64,000 nt of DNA from Nitrospirota bacterium (GCA_963751455.1 CAVVUN010000002.1:288001-352000); one strand, 5' to 3'; numbered from the stretch's first letter, positions 46,101 to 56,362 are shown. Notes: generated by a model not told the origin, from the sequence alone. Translations and numbers: made by a program.

Positions 46101-47102
46101 ATGAGAGCATTATTCTCCTTTATCGCAGTATTGCTCCTGGCAGCAGTTGCCTATATAGGGGTGGCGGTCTTGAAGATGAACGTCCTCTTCGGCGTCGTCC
46201 TCCCCTATGCGGCAGTCGCAATATTCATCGTGTTCATGATTGCAAAGGTCTTGAAATGGGGGAGATCTCCGGTCCCCTTCAGGATCCCGACCACGTGCGG
46301 GCAGCAGAAATCCCTTCCGTGGATCAAGCAGAACAAGATTGAAAATCCCTCCGGGACGCTCGGCGTTCTCGCGAGGATGGCCCTTGAAGTTCTGTTTTTC
46401 CGCTCGCTTTTCAGGAACCTGAAAACTCAGAGATATGACGGCGGCAATCAGCTTGCCTACGGTGAGGCGAAATGGCTTTGGGCTGCCGGCCTTGCGTTTC
46501 ACTGGACCTTCCTGATCATTCTCATCAGGCATCTGCGGTTCTTTACGCAGAAGGTTCCAACGCCCGTTCTGATGATCGAAGGGCTCGACAGCTTCCTCCA
46601 GATCGGCACTCCGCTTCTTTACATGACGGACGTCATCTTCCTTGGAGCTGTTGTATATCTGTTCATCCGGAGAATCGGCATTCCGCAGGTACGGTATATC
46701 TCCCTGATCGCGGACTATTTCCCGCTGTTTCTGATCCTGGGCATCGGCACCACCGGAGTGCTCATGAGATATTTCACCAAGACGGACATTGTGAGCGTTA
46801 AAATGCTTGCCATGGGGCTGGTCAGTTTAAATCCGTCCATTCCCCAACCGAACGGAATCGGCGCTGTCTTCTATATTCATCTGTTTCTTCTCAGTGTTCT
46901 GTTCGCCTATTTCCCCTTCAGCAAACTCGTACACGCAGGCGGCGTCTTTATGAGTCCCACCCGGAACCTGGCTAACAACAGCAGGATGAAGAGGCATATC
47001 AACCCCTGGAACTATCCGGTGCATGTCCACACGTACGAGGAGTACGAGAACGATTTCAGGGATAAAATGAAAAAAGCCGGTCTGCCGGTAGAAAAGGAGT
47101 AA
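46101..47102 (+). CDS. dsrM: DsrM (NarI-like cytochrome b)
   Basis: PVPFRIPTTCGQQKSL, FHW, RHLR, PFSKLVH. Confidence 0.95.
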   Translation: MRALFSFIAVLLLAAVAYIGVAVLKMNVLFGVVLPYAAVAIFIVFMIAKVLKWGRSPVPFRIPTTCGQQKSLPWIKQNKIENPSGTLGVLARMALEVLFFRSLFRNLKTQRYDGGNQLAYGEAKWLWAAGLAFHWTFLIILIRHLRFFTQKVPTPVLMIEGLDSFLQIGTPLLYMTDVIFLGAVVYLFIRRIGIPQVRYISLIADYFPLFLILGIGTTGVLMRYFTKTDIVSVKMLAMGLVSLNPSIPQPNGIGAVFYIHLFLLSVLFAYFPFSKLVHAGGVFMSPTRNLANNSRMKRHINPWNYPVHVHTYEEYENDFRDKMKKAGLPVEKE

Positions 47103-47104
47103 TC

Positions 47105-48724
47105 ATGGCGAAACTTCCGAAACCAGAAGAACTGATGAAGATTGATGACACTCCGCCGAAGACGGAGTGGATGGATACGCCTGTTACGATCAAAGAGGGC
47201 ATGTTCTGCCACGGGGTAAAGCCGAAAAGCCTCGACATCGTCGGATTCCCCAACCCGCGCGACTGGCGGCCTATGGACGCGGATTGGAAATTGCCCGAGA
47301 ATTGGAAGCAGATACTCCTCGAAGGCATTGCTGACCGCCTCAAAAAATACCGCTCCTTCCAGCTCTTTATGGACATCTGTGTCCGGTGCGGCGCCTGCGC
47401 GGACAAATGCCACTTTTTCATCGGCACGGGCGATCCGAAAAATATGCCGGTGCTCAGGGCCGAACTGATCAGATCGGTCTATAGGAAAGAATTTACAACG
47501 GCAGGAAAGATTTTCGGCAAGATGGCAGGTGCGCGCGAGCTCACCGTGGACGTGCTGAAGGAGTGGTGGTACTACTTCTTCCAGTGCACTGAATGCCGGC
47601 GCTGCTCGGTATTCTGCCCGTACGGCATCGACCAGGCCGAGATCACAATTATCGGACGCGAACTGCTGAATCTCCTGGGCCTGAACATCGAATGGATCGG
47701 CGGCCCGGTCTCGAATTGCTATATGAAGGGAAACCACCTGGGACTGGAGCCCCACACCATAACAGGCAACCTCGAGTACATGCTCGATGATATCGAGACG
47801 ATCACTGGCAAGAGGATTAAACCGACGTTCAACCGCAAGGGCGCTGAAATCCTGTTCGTAACCCCTTCGGGCGACCTCTTCGCAGACCCGGGCACGTACA
47901 CATGCATGGGATACCTTATGCTGTTCGAGGAACTCGGGCTGGACTATACCTGGAGCACGTACGCTTCAGAAGGCGGCAACTTCGGCTTCTTCACCTCTAA
48001 CGAGATGGGAAAACGGCTGAATTCCAAGATATATGCGGAAGCCAAGCGCCTTGGCGTGAAGTGGATCCTCGGCGGAGAGTGCGGCCACATGTGGAGAGTC
48101 CTGAACCAGTATATGGATACCTGGAACGGGCCGGCTGATTTCCTGGAAGTCCCGAAATCGCCGATCACGGGCACGGTCTTCGAGAACGCAAAATCAACCA
48201 AGATGATCCATGTCGCGGAATTTACCGCTGACCTGATCAAGAACAACAAGCTCAAGCTGGATCCAAAGCGCAACGATCACCTCAACGTTACCTGGCACGA
48301 TTCCTGTAATACCGCCCGCGGCATGGGGCTTCTCGAGGAGCCGCGGTACGTCCTCAAAAACGTCGTCAACAACTTCCATGAAATGCCCGAAGACACTATC
48401 CGGGAAAAGACCTTCTGCTGCGGCAGCGGAACCGGTTTGAATGCCTCGGAAGATATGGATCTAAGGATGAAGGGCGGCTTCCCCCGGGCGAACGCCGTCA
48501 AATTCGTTGCCGACCATCACGGCGTCAACATGCTTGCCAACGTCTGCGCCATTGACCGGGCAACGCTCAAGGCCCTTATGGAATACTGGGTACCCAGCGT
48601 GAATGTTTGCGGCCTCCATGAACTCGTGGCAAACGCCCTTGTCATGAAGGGTGAGAAGGAACGAACAACCGACCTGCGCGGTGAACCCCTTCCTTCAATA
48701 GAAAAGAAGGAGGAAAAAGCCTAA
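47105..48724 (+). CDS. dsrK: DsrK (HdrD-like)
   Basis: CVRCGACADKC, CTECRRCSVFCP, GECGH, HDSC, CCGSG. Confidence 0.96.
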   Translation: MAKLPKPEELMKIDDTPPKTEWMDTPVTIKEGMFCHGVKPKSLDIVGFPNPRDWRPMDADWKLPENWKQILLEGIADRLKKYRSFQLFMDICVRCGACADKCHFFIGTGDPKNMPVLRAELIRSVYRKEFTTAGKIFGKMAGARELTVDVLKEWWYYFFQCTECRRCSVFCPYGIDQAEITIIGRELLNLLGLNIEWIGGPVSNCYMKGNHLGLEPHTITGNLEYMLDDIETITGKRIKPTFNRKGAEILFVTPSGDLFADPGTYTCMGYLMLFEELGLDYTWSTYASEGGNFGFFTSNEMGKRLNSKIYAEAKRLGVKWILGGECGHMWRVLNQYMDTWNGPADFLEVPKSPITGTVFENAKSTKMIHVAEFTADLIKNNKLKLDPKRNDHLNVTWHDSCNTARGMGLLEEPRYVLKNVVNNFHEMPEDTIREKTFCCGSGTGLNASEDMDLRMKGGFPRANAVKFVADHHGVNMLANVCAIDRATLKALMEYWVPSVNVCGLHELVANALVMKGEKERTTDLRGEPLPSIEKKEEKA

Positions 48725-49143
48725 TGAAACTCTATGACGGCGGTAAAATAATCATCGGGCTGATCATATTTGTCGCTTTCGCGACGTTCCCCTTTTACTA
48801 CAACATCGGCAAGGTAAACGCCAAGCCCGAGCCGAAACTGGATACTCCCGAAATTCTGAAGATGCCGGAGCAGGAGAGGAAGTGCGTGGAGCCCAAGGCA
48901 TTCATGCGGGCCGAGCATATGCAACTCCTCAACAACTGGCGCGACTCCGTGGTCCGCGAGGGAAACCGGCAGTACATCAGCAGCACCGGAAAGCATATCA
49001 ACATGAGCCTCCAGAACGAATGCATGCGGTGCCATGCCAACAAGAAAAAATTCTGCGATGAATGCCACAACTATATGGCGGTCAATCCCTATTGTTTTGA
49101 TTGTCATATTGCCCCCAAGGAGAAGGAGGACCAAAAATCATGA
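48724..49143 (+). CDS. dsrJ: DsrJ cytochrome c
   Basis: CMRCH, CDECH, CFDCH; MRAEHMQLL..WRD. Confidence 0.94.
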   Translation: MKLYDGGKIIIGLIIFVAFATFPFYYNIGKVNAKPEPKLDTPEILKMPEQERKCVEPKAFMRAEHMQLLNNWRDSVVREGNRQYISSTGKHINMSLQNECMRCHANKKKFCDECHNYMAVNPYCFDCHIAPKEKEDQKS

Positions 49144-49970
49144 GCATGGATAGAAGAAAATTCCTGAAGATAGCAGGCATCTCCTCCATCCTGGGGCTCG
49201 GCGCCTCGGCCGCATCGGCAACGCATAATATCTGGGCGCCCGGTTTGTCGCCGGACCAGGTCGAAAAGAATAAAGAGGCGTTGACAGGCAAGCACTGGGC
49301 CATGGTTGTGGACATGAGCAAGTTCAAAACCGAAGAAGACATTCAGAAAACGGTCAGTGCCTGCCACTCCACTCATAACGTACCCGATTTCGGGAACATC
49401 AAGGACGAGATCAAGTGGATATGGAAAGAGACGTACGAGCATTCCTTCCCGTCTCAGGAAAACCCGTACATGGAAGAGAAGATCAAGGACATGCCCTTCC
49501 TCGTGATGTGCAACCATTGTGAAAAGCCGGCCTGCGTACGGGTCTGCCCGACCCAGGCCACGTTCAAGCGCAAGGAGGACGGCATCGTCATGATGGACAT
49601 GCACCGCTGCATCGGGTGCCGGTTCTGCATGGCGGCCTGCCCGTACGGCGCACGGAGTTTCAACTACCGGGATCCCCGGGGCAAAGACGCCCAGGGACAG
49701 CCGTTCATCAAGAACGAGAACAAGGAGTATCCGACCCGCACCAAGGGTGTGGTCGAAAAATGCACGTTCTGCACCGAACGGCTCGTTGTCGGTAAAATGC
49801 CGGCCTGTGTCGAGGCTGCGCCCGCAGGCGGGCTCATCTTCGGCGACCTGGAGAACAAGGAATCAGAGGTCCGGAAAATCATAGAGACGCGCTATACGAT
49901 CAGGCGCAAGCCGGAACTCGGGACCGGACCGAGCGTTTACTACCTGATAGGAGGTAATGAGCATGCTTGA
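49140..49970 (+). CDS. dsrO: DsrO Fe-S protein
   Basis: Tat signal RRKFLK; CNHCEKPACVRVCP, CIGCRFCMAACP. Confidence 0.94.
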   Translation: MSMDRRKFLKIAGISSILGLGASAASATHNIWAPGLSPDQVEKNKEALTGKHWAMVVDMSKFKTEEDIQKTVSACHSTHNVPDFGNIKDEIKWIWKETYEHSFPSQENPYMEEKIKDMPFLVMCNHCEKPACVRVCPTQATFKRKEDGIVMMDMHRCIGCRFCMAACPYGARSFNYRDPRGKDAQGQPFIKNENKEYPTRTKGVVEKCTFCTERLVVGKMPACVEAAPAGGLIFGDLENKESEVRKIIETRYTIRRKPELGTGPSVYYLIGGNEHA

Positions 49971-51135
49971 GAAAGGGTTGGAAGGAAGTAAGAAATACTG
50001 GGCATGGGTGTTCTTCCTGGGCGCCCTGGCGCTTTCAGGAGTTTACTATTACCTCAGGCAGTTCAATTACGGCCTCGGCCTGACCGGGTTGAGCAGGGAC
50101 GTTTCCTGGGGCCTCTATATCGGACAGTTTACGTTCCTCGTCGGTGTCGCGGCTTCTGCCGTGATGCTCGTGATACCGTACTATCTCCATGACTATAAAA
50201 AATTCGGAAAGATCGTGATCCTGGGCGAATTTCTCGCGATCTCGGCAGTCACAATGTGCATTTTGTTCATCTTCGTGGATATGGGCCAGCCCATGAGGAT
50301 CATGAATGTTGTGCTGCATCCGACGCTCAACTCGGTCATGTTCTGGGATTCGATGGTTCTGGCAGGATACCTGTTCCTGAACCTCATGATCGGCTGGGTA
50401 ACGCTCGGTTCTGACCGTAAGGGTGTGGCGCCGCCCAAGTGGATCAAGCCTTTTATCTACCTGTCCATACCCTGGGCCGTCAGTATTCACACAGTTACTG
50501 CGTTCCTCTATGCCGGTCTTCCCGGGAGACATTTCTGGTTAAGCGCCATCATGGCAGCACGCTTCCTGGCTTCTGCTTTCGCCGGCGGCCCAGCGCTCCT
50601 GATCATACTGGCGCTGATCGTCAGAAAAGTTACGAAGTTCGATCCGGGCAAAGAGCCGATACAGACGCTCGGCAAAATCGTAACCTACGCCATGTTCGCG
50701 AACGTGTTCTTCCTCGGACTCGAGTTCTTTACGGCCTTCTACAGCAATATCCCGGGCCACATGCATTCGTTCGTCTATCTCTATGCCGGACTTGACGGAC
50801 ACAGCGAACTCGTGCCGCTGATGTGGACCTCGACGATATTTGCAGCCGTATCGCTGGCGATGCTCGTGATCCCCGGCATTCGTAAAAACGAGGGCGCGCT
50901 CGCTTTCGCCTGCGTCCTGCTGTTCATCTCTCTCTGGATAGACAAGGGTTTCGGGCTTGTCATCGGCGGCTTCGTCCCGAACATGCTGGAGCAGGTACGG
51001 CCTTATTGGCCGACCAGGTTGGAGTCAGTCATAACGCTCGGCGTATGGGCAATCGGCCTCCTTATTCTCACCTTCCTGTACAAAATAGCTATCTCGGTGA
51101 GGGAAGAAACAAAGGGTGTCGAAATAGAACATTAA
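49957..51135 (+). CDS. dsrP: DsrP (NrfD family)
   Basis: SRDVSWGLYI, SIPWAVSIHTVTAF, WIDKG. Confidence 0.94.
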   Translation: MSMLEKGLEGSKKYWAWVFFLGALALSGVYYYLRQFNYGLGLTGLSRDVSWGLYIGQFTFLVGVAASAVMLVIPYYLHDYKKFGKIVILGEFLAISAVTMCILFIFVDMGQPMRIMNVVLHPTLNSVMFWDSMVLAGYLFLNLMIGWVTLGSDRKGVAPPKWIKPFIYLSIPWAVSIHTVTAFLYAGLPGRHFWLSAIMAARFLASAFAGGPALLIILALIVRKVTKFDPGKEPIQTLGKIVTYAMFANVFFLGLEFFTAFYSNIPGHMHSFVYLYAGLDGHSELVPLMWTSTIFAAVSLAMLVIPGIRKNEGALAFACVLLFISLWIDKGFGLVIGGFVPNMLEQVRPYWPTRLESVITLGVWAIGLLILTFLYKIAISVREETKGVEIEH

Positions 51136-51155
51136 AGCAAAAACTTTTTTTAAAC

Positions 51156-51193
51156 AAAGGCTTACCTCCAGAACCGGGGGTAAGCCTTTTTTT
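51156..51193 (+). terminator. Terminator after dsrP
   Basis: AAAGGCTTACC...GGTAAGCCTTTTTTT. Confidence 0.85.
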
Positions 51194-51284
51194 GTGATAT
51201 TTTTATTGATTTTATCGTTCAGGATTGGTAGTATGTGCGCGCTCCAGGGCAGCATACATTTCATTCGAGGAGGAAGTAGATCGC

Positions 51285-51470
51285 ATGTACATGGTAACAG
51301 TGGATAGAAACAAGTGTGACGGCGACGGGACCTGCGCAAACGTATGCCCGCAGGCTGTGTTCAAGGTAGAAGGCGGCAAAGCTGATCCGGCAAACATGTC
51401 GGAATGTATCAATTGCCTGACCTGCGTCGAAAATTGCCCGCAACAGGCCATTACCGTAAACGAAATCTAA
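51285..51470 (+). CDS. Dicluster ferredoxin, copy 2
   Basis: CDGDGTCANVCP, CINCLTCVENCP; close paralog of 44009. Confidence 0.92.
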   Translation: MYMVTVDRNKCDGDGTCANVCPQAVFKVEGGKADPANMSECINCLTCVENCPQQAITVNEI

Positions 51471-51493
51471 GTATCTTCAATGACGCATTCATT

Positions 51494-51530
51494 AAAGGGG
51501 ACCGGTACATAGCCGGCCCCCTTTTCTTTT
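51494..51530. terminator. Terminator between convergent genes
   Basis: AAAGGGGACCGG/CCGGCCCCCTTTT. Confidence 0.7.
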
Positions 51531-51561
51531 GTACGCCAGCCGGGCGACGTCACTTTTACCA

Positions 51562-52335
51562 CTAATCCTTTTTACTTAAAAACTTCTGAAAAGCGGTGAC
51601 AAGATCGATTGGCAACGGGAACACTATCGTGGTGTTCTTTTCCGTTCCTATCTCGCCCAAGGTCTGCAAATACCGGAGTTGAAGCGCAGTCGGGTTCCTG
51701 CTGATAACATCTGCCGCTTCGGACAGCTTCGCTGATGCCTGGAGTTCCCCTTCGGCGTGGATGATCTTTGCCCTGCGTTCACGTTCCGCCTGCGCCTGGA
51801 TCGCGATTGCGCGCTGCATCTCGGCCGGCAGATCCACGTTTCTTACTTCCACCGTGGTAACCTTTACACCCCACGGTTCGGTTTGCTCATCGATCACTTT
51901 TTGCAGTTCGGCGTTGATCGCCTCACGGTTCGACAGGAGATCGTCGAACTGGTTCTGGCCGAGGATGCTCCTGAGCGTTGTCTGGGAAATCAGCGATGTT
52001 GCATAATAGAAATCTTCCACTTCGACAATGGCCTTTCGCGGGTCCATGACCCTGAAATAGACTACGGCGTTCACTTTAACGGTAACGTTGTCCTTGGTGA
52101 TAACGTCCTGGCTCGGCACGTCCATGGTTACGGTTCGAAGGCTCACCCGCACCATTTTTTGTATGCCGGGAATCAGGATGATCATGCCGGGACCTTTTAC
52201 CCCTCCTTCAGCCGGGACTCTGCCGAGGGTGAAGATAACACCCCGCTCATATTGCTTCAATATCTTGACGGTATTGACGATAAACCAGGCGACAATAACG
52301 ACCGCAACAATTAAACCAAGAAATACTGGATGCAT
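51562..52335 (-). CDS. SPFH/stomatin-like (slipin) protein
   Basis: [39 protein letters not shown]. Confidence 0.93.
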   Translation of the reverse strand: MHPVFLGLIVAVVIVAWFIVNTVKILKQYERGVIFTLGRVPAEGGVKGPGMIILIPGIQKMVRVSLRTVTMDVPSQDVITKDNVTVKVNAVVYFRVMDPRKAIVEVEDFYYATSLISQTTLRSILGQNQFDDLLSNREAINAELQKVIDEQTEPWGVKVTTVEVRNVDLPAEMQRAIAIQAQAERERRAKIIHAEGELQASAKLSEAADVISRNPTALQLRYLQTLGEIGTEKNTTIVFPLPIDLVTAFQKFLSKKD

Positions 52336-52355
52336 AGCTGAACCTCCTTTTGGTA

Positions 52356-52495
52356 AGCTCCAAATAACAAATAAATTCAAAGCAACAAGAATCAAATTCC
52401 CAAACGGCTTCAGCGAATTCAGTCGCTCGTTTTGGTCATTCGATTTTGGGATTTGGAAATTATTTAGGATTTGTTATTTGTAACTTGTAATTTTT
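52356..52495. repeat. Inverted degenerate heptamer arrays
   Basis: CAAATAACAAATAAATTCAAA... versus ...TTTGGAAATTATTTAGGATTTGTTATTTG. Confidence 0.6.
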
Positions 52496-52497
52496 AT

Positions 52498-53853
52498 TCA
52501 TCTCGTTTTCTTTACCTTCAGTCTCAGGCCTTGAATGGCCTCTACCTTCACTCTTTCTCCCTTTTTGACAGGCTCCTCGCTCCAGGCACTCCATGTTTCG
52601 CCGTGGACCAGTACCTGTCCTCGCTCGTGGATATCCGTCCTTGCTTCACCCTCGAGCCCGAGCATTCCTTCCATGCCGGTATCCGGTTTTTGTCTATGCA
52701 CCCGGACCGCGAGGGTCACGGTGATGATGAAGAAGAGCGCCGAAAGCGCGACAACAGGCAATATTACGGCCCAGGAGATCCTGAGTCCGGGTAACGGCGA
52801 ATCTATGAGCATCACCGAGCCGAAAACCATCGCAATTGCACCGCCGACGCCCAGAACTCCGTGGCTTGCAACGAACGCCTCGGTTATGAACAGGGCAATG
52901 GCAAGGATGATGAGCAGGAGGCCTGCGTAGTTGATCGGCAGCGTGTGCAGCGCGTAGAAGGCCAGGATCAGGCAGATAGCGCCCGCTACTCCGGGGAAAA
53001 TCGCTCCCGGGTTAGAAAGCTCGAAATAGAGTCCGTAAAAACCGAGGATCATGAGAATATAGGCGATATTGGGATTGCTGATAAGCTCCAGTAATTTATA
53101 CCGGAAACCCATCTCCATGCGCACCAGCGCCGCATTTGATGTATCAATTGTTTTTTTCCCCATTACCAATTCTACGGTTTTCCCGTTTATCTTCTTAATG
53201 AGAGAAGGTATATCCCCAGCAACAAGGTCGATGACGTTTTCCTTGATCGCCTCGGTCTCCGTTATGGACACGCTTTTGCGGACTGCTGCCTCCGCCCACT
53301 TCGGATTTTTGCCCCGCCTTTCCGCTATGTTCCGCGCCATGGCCGCCAGATCGTTGACAACCTTGGATTCCATAGTCTTGTCCATTTTGCCCTGCATGGT
53401 AACCGGATGGGCTGCGCCGATATGCGTGCCCGGCGCCATAGCGGCGATGTGGCCCGCCATGGTGATGAATACTCCGGCTGAAGCCGCCCGGGCCCCTGAG
53501 GGGGACACGTAAACAACGATCGGCACTTCAGCAGCCATCATCTTTTTGACAATTTCCCTGGTTGAGTCCACGAGCCCGCCGGGCGTATCAAGCTGAATAA
53601 TAATAGCCTGTGCATTGTTCTTTGCAGCCTTATCAATCGATTTAATGATGTATTCCGAAACCACCGGTGTAATCGGGGCATCTATGGTTATGAGGTAAAT
53701 TGTTTTTTCAGGAGACGGAGGTTTCGCAGCCTGTTTTTTGTCAGTCGGTGCAGGTGTAACGGCGGAGACGGGCGCGTCATAGCAAAGTGCGGGAAAGGAC
53801 AACAACAAGACCAGAAGCAATGCCGGCAGCAACAAAATCGATTTTATTGTCAT
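52498..53853 (-). CDS. nfeD: NfeD membrane-bound serine protease
   Basis: LDTPGG, ARAASAG, GAAHPV, C-terminal OB (GETWSA); next to SPFH gene. Confidence 0.92.
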   Translation of the reverse strand: MTIKSILLLPALLLVLLLSFPALCYDAPVSAVTPAPTDKKQAAKPPSPEKTIYLITIDAPITPVVSEYIIKSIDKAAKNNAQAIIIQLDTPGGLVDSTREIVKKMMAAEVPIVVYVSPSGARAASAGVFITMAGHIAAMAPGTHIGAAHPVTMQGKMDKTMESKVVNDLAAMARNIAERRGKNPKWAEAAVRKSVSITETEAIKENVIDLVAGDIPSLIKKINGKTVELVMGKKTIDTSNAALVRMEMGFRYKLLELISNPNIAYILMILGFYGLYFELSNPGAIFPGVAGAICLILAFYALHTLPINYAGLLLIILAIALFITEAFVASHGVLGVGGAIAMVFGSVMLIDSPLPGLRISWAVILPVVALSALFFIITVTLAVRVHRQKPDTGMEGMLGLEGEARTDIHERGQVLVHGETWSAWSEEPVKKGERVKVEAIQGLRLKVKKTR

Positions 53854-53871
53854 TACTATCTCCCTCCGAAA

Positions 53872-53936
53872 AGTATATACGCAATGCAATTAAGTGTCAA
53901 GAAGGGCTTGACTTAAAAGGGTTTTTTCTGTAGCAT
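53872..53936. promoter_or_regulatory. Back-to-back sigma-70 promoters
   Basis: Minus: TTGACA-N17-TATACT (53900-53872); plus: TTGACT-N17-TAGCAT (53908-53936). Confidence 0.7.
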
Positions 53937-53944
53937 CAAAAAAG

Positions 53945-54490
53945 ATGAGAGTCACCGGAGGTACAGGCAAAGGCAGGACACTGAAAGTGCCGGCCGGATC
54001 GCGGGTAAGACCGACATCCGATAAAGTAAAACAGGCCCTGTTCAATATTCTCGGTGAAAAGGTACTGAACGCGGTATTTCTCGACATCTATGCGGGCACC
54101 GGAGGCATAGGTATCGAGGCTCTCAGCAGGGGGGCCGCACGGGTTGTATTCATTGACGATTCGCGAGTCTCTTTGGATACGGTCCGGAAGAATCTGGAAC
54201 AGACCGGATTCGTTGATCGGGCACAGGTAGTCCCGTCGAAGGCCGAGACGTTTATCAGGAAAACATCGGAGCAATTTGATGTCGTTTTTCTCGATCCGCC
54301 CTATACCGTTGAGCAACTGCCCTTGCTGAATAGTGTGAGCGAATCGAAAATTTTGAAGCATGATTCAGTTGTGATTTTCGAACATTTCAAAAAACAAAAA
54401 TCGCCGGATGGTGCCGGCAAACTGTCGCTCTACCGTGAAGCGCACTATGGGGATACTGTGTTGGCGTTTTATAAAATCAGGAGTGAGTAA
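53945..54490 (+). CDS. rsmD: 16S rRNA m2G966 methyltransferase
   Basis: RPTSDKVKQALFN, EALSRGA, DPPY. Confidence 0.94.
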   Translation: MRVTGGTGKGRTLKVPAGSRVRPTSDKVKQALFNILGEKVLNAVFLDIYAGTGGIGIEALSRGAARVVFIDDSRVSLDTVRKNLEQTGFVDRAQVVPSKAETFIRKTSEQFDVVFLDPPYTVEQLPLLNSVSESKILKHDSVVIFEHFKKQKSPDGAGKLSLYREAHYGDTVLAFYKIRSE

Positions 54491-54567
54491 CCGAAAGTCC
54501 GGGAGAGGATGGTCCGCTGTCTTCGTCCTTCGAAGTTCGGTTTTCGCCCCTTCATAGAGGAGCTTTC

Positions 54568-55050
54568 ATGAAACACATAGCTGTCTATCCCGGCACCTTC
54601 GATCCCGTGACCAACGGTCATTGCGACCTGCTCGAACGGACGCTGCGCATTTTTGACGAAGTTATCGTCGCGGTGGCCGAGAATCCTAAAAAAGCCCCGC
54701 TTTTCTCGCTCGAAGAAAGGATCTCCATGTTTAAGGCGGTTACGGCTGATTACGAAGAAGTCGTGATCGAGGGTTTCGATGGTCTATTGGTTGAATATGT
54801 CCGGAAAAGGCATGCTGTTGCAATCGTGCGCGGACTCCGGGCGGTTTCCGACTTCGAATATGAGATGCAAATGGCGCTTATGAACCGGCGGCTCGACAAC
54901 GATATAGAGACCGTATTCATGATGCCGAACCAGGAATACTCGTTCATCACATCGACGATAGTGAAGGAGGCCGCAAGCTACGGCGGTGACATCTCAAGCC
55001 TTGTTCCTCCGTTTGTGGTCGGGAAACTGAAACAGAAGTATGGCAGGTAG
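54568..55050 (+). CDS. coaD: Phosphopantetheine adenylyltransferase
   Basis: YPGTFDPVTNGH, RGLRAVSDFEYE. Confidence 0.97.
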   Translation: MKHIAVYPGTFDPVTNGHCDLLERTLRIFDEVIVAVAENPKKAPLFSLEERISMFKAVTADYEEVVIEGFDGLLVEYVRKRHAVAIVRGLRAVSDFEYEMQMALMNRRLDNDIETVFMMPNQEYSFITSTIVKEAASYGGDISSLVPPFVVGKLKQKYGR

Positions 55051-55122
55051 GAAATACTCATTCACGGAGAAAATCGCTTTTCCCCTTCAGAATAAACCGC
55101 GCTATCTTGCTTTCCAATACCG

Positions 55123-55938
55123 TCACTTTTGTCTCTGCCTCATCACTTCATAAAGAATCACCGCTGCGGCGGTTGCCACGTTGAGAGAATCGATTGTTTT
55201 AGCCATCGGGATGCGAATCCGGAAGTCGATGTCCGCAACGATATCCCGCTCAAGACCCGCTCCTTCCTGTCCCAAAATAAGCAGAGTCGGCCCGGTGAGG
55301 TCGACATCGAAATGCGTCTTTTCTCCAGTCAAGACGGTTGCGATAGCCTGGAACCCCTTTTCTTTGCATTTCCTCACAAATTCCGTCAGATTCTCTGTAT
55401 GCACTATCGGCACACGAAGAATGCTTCCCATGGATGCGCGAATTGCTTTCGAATTGAAAGGATCCACAGTATTCGGAGTGAGGGCCACCCCGGACGCACC
55501 GACTGCTTCGGCTGTTCTGATTATGGTGCCCAGATTGCCGGGGTCTTGCAGGTGATGCGCCATCACGATCAGGCCGGCATCGTTTGCAAGCAGACCTTGC
55601 TCGGAATGCTCTTTGATGTGGACAACCGCCATTAAAGGCTGTGGAGTTTTGCTTTCGGATAGAAAGTCCATTAATCGTTCCGAAATCCAGACTATGTTCA
55701 CAGCCCTGTTCTCTGCAAGTTTCAGCACTCCCTTGCCGTGATGCTGAGTCAGTGACGGAGCAGCGGCCAGCATTGTGACGCCAAGGTTGTCCCTGACGGC
55801 CTCTTCAACCATCTTGACGCCTTCGATCAAGAAAGCCTTCTCTTTTTTCCGGTATTTAGCTTCGGACAGGGAACGGAGATATTTTACGGTAGCGTTGTCT
55901 TTGCTGGTGATGGGATTGTGCGGACTTGTTTGCTGCAT
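55123..55938 (-). CDS. TrmH/SpoU RNA methyltransferase
   Basis: QDPGNLGTIIRTA, GQEGAG, IPM...SLNVA. Confidence 0.93.
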   Translation of the reverse strand: MQQTSPHNPITSKDNATVKYLRSLSEAKYRKKEKAFLIEGVKMVEEAVRDNLGVTMLAAAPSLTQHHGKGVLKLAENRAVNIVWISERLMDFLSESKTPQPLMAVVHIKEHSEQGLLANDAGLIVMAHHLQDPGNLGTIIRTAEAVGASGVALTPNTVDPFNSKAIRASMGSILRVPIVHTENLTEFVRKCKEKGFQAIATVLTGEKTHFDVDLTGPTLLILGQEGAGLERDIVADIDFRIRIPMAKTIDSLNVATAAAVILYEVMRQRQK

Positions 55939-56019
55939 AAAAGCGAGTATAAGGCGAGAATAAAATTATGTCAACCGCAGACGTTTGAATAAGCTTAGAG
56001 CCGTCCCACATGGTTTACT

Positions 56020-56292
56020 TTATATATTTCTCTTCCGGGGTCTGGCTTCATATTCGCGTTCCAGTTCTTCCCATTTCTTCAGCGATTCATAGCTGTTTTC
56101 CCATGATTCATAATCATCCTTTAAATCAGGAGGAACAGTAAGTTTTCCGGTTTTCAGTTCCGCAATAAAGGTGTCCGTGGTCTTTCCGTGTTTTCGCTCA
56201 AAAATTCCGAGTGTTTTCTTTATTCTCTTAATGGTGTTTTCGCAAATGTTCATCTCCCCTGAACCCAGCAGTTCGAATTCATCGTTATGCAT
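56020..56292 (-). CDS. Small hypothetical protein
   Basis: FERKHGKTTDTF...DYESW pattern; start uncertain. Confidence 0.5.
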   Translation of the reverse strand: MHNDEFELLGSGEMNICENTIKRIKKTLGIFERKHGKTTDTFIAELKTGKLTVPPDLKDDYESWENSYESLKKWEELEREYEARPRKRNI

Positions 56293-56362
56293 CGCGGACG
56301 CCCCTTTCTTCTTACAACCTTTTGTTATTATAGCAGGATTCGAGAAAAAGCGAAAACACAAT

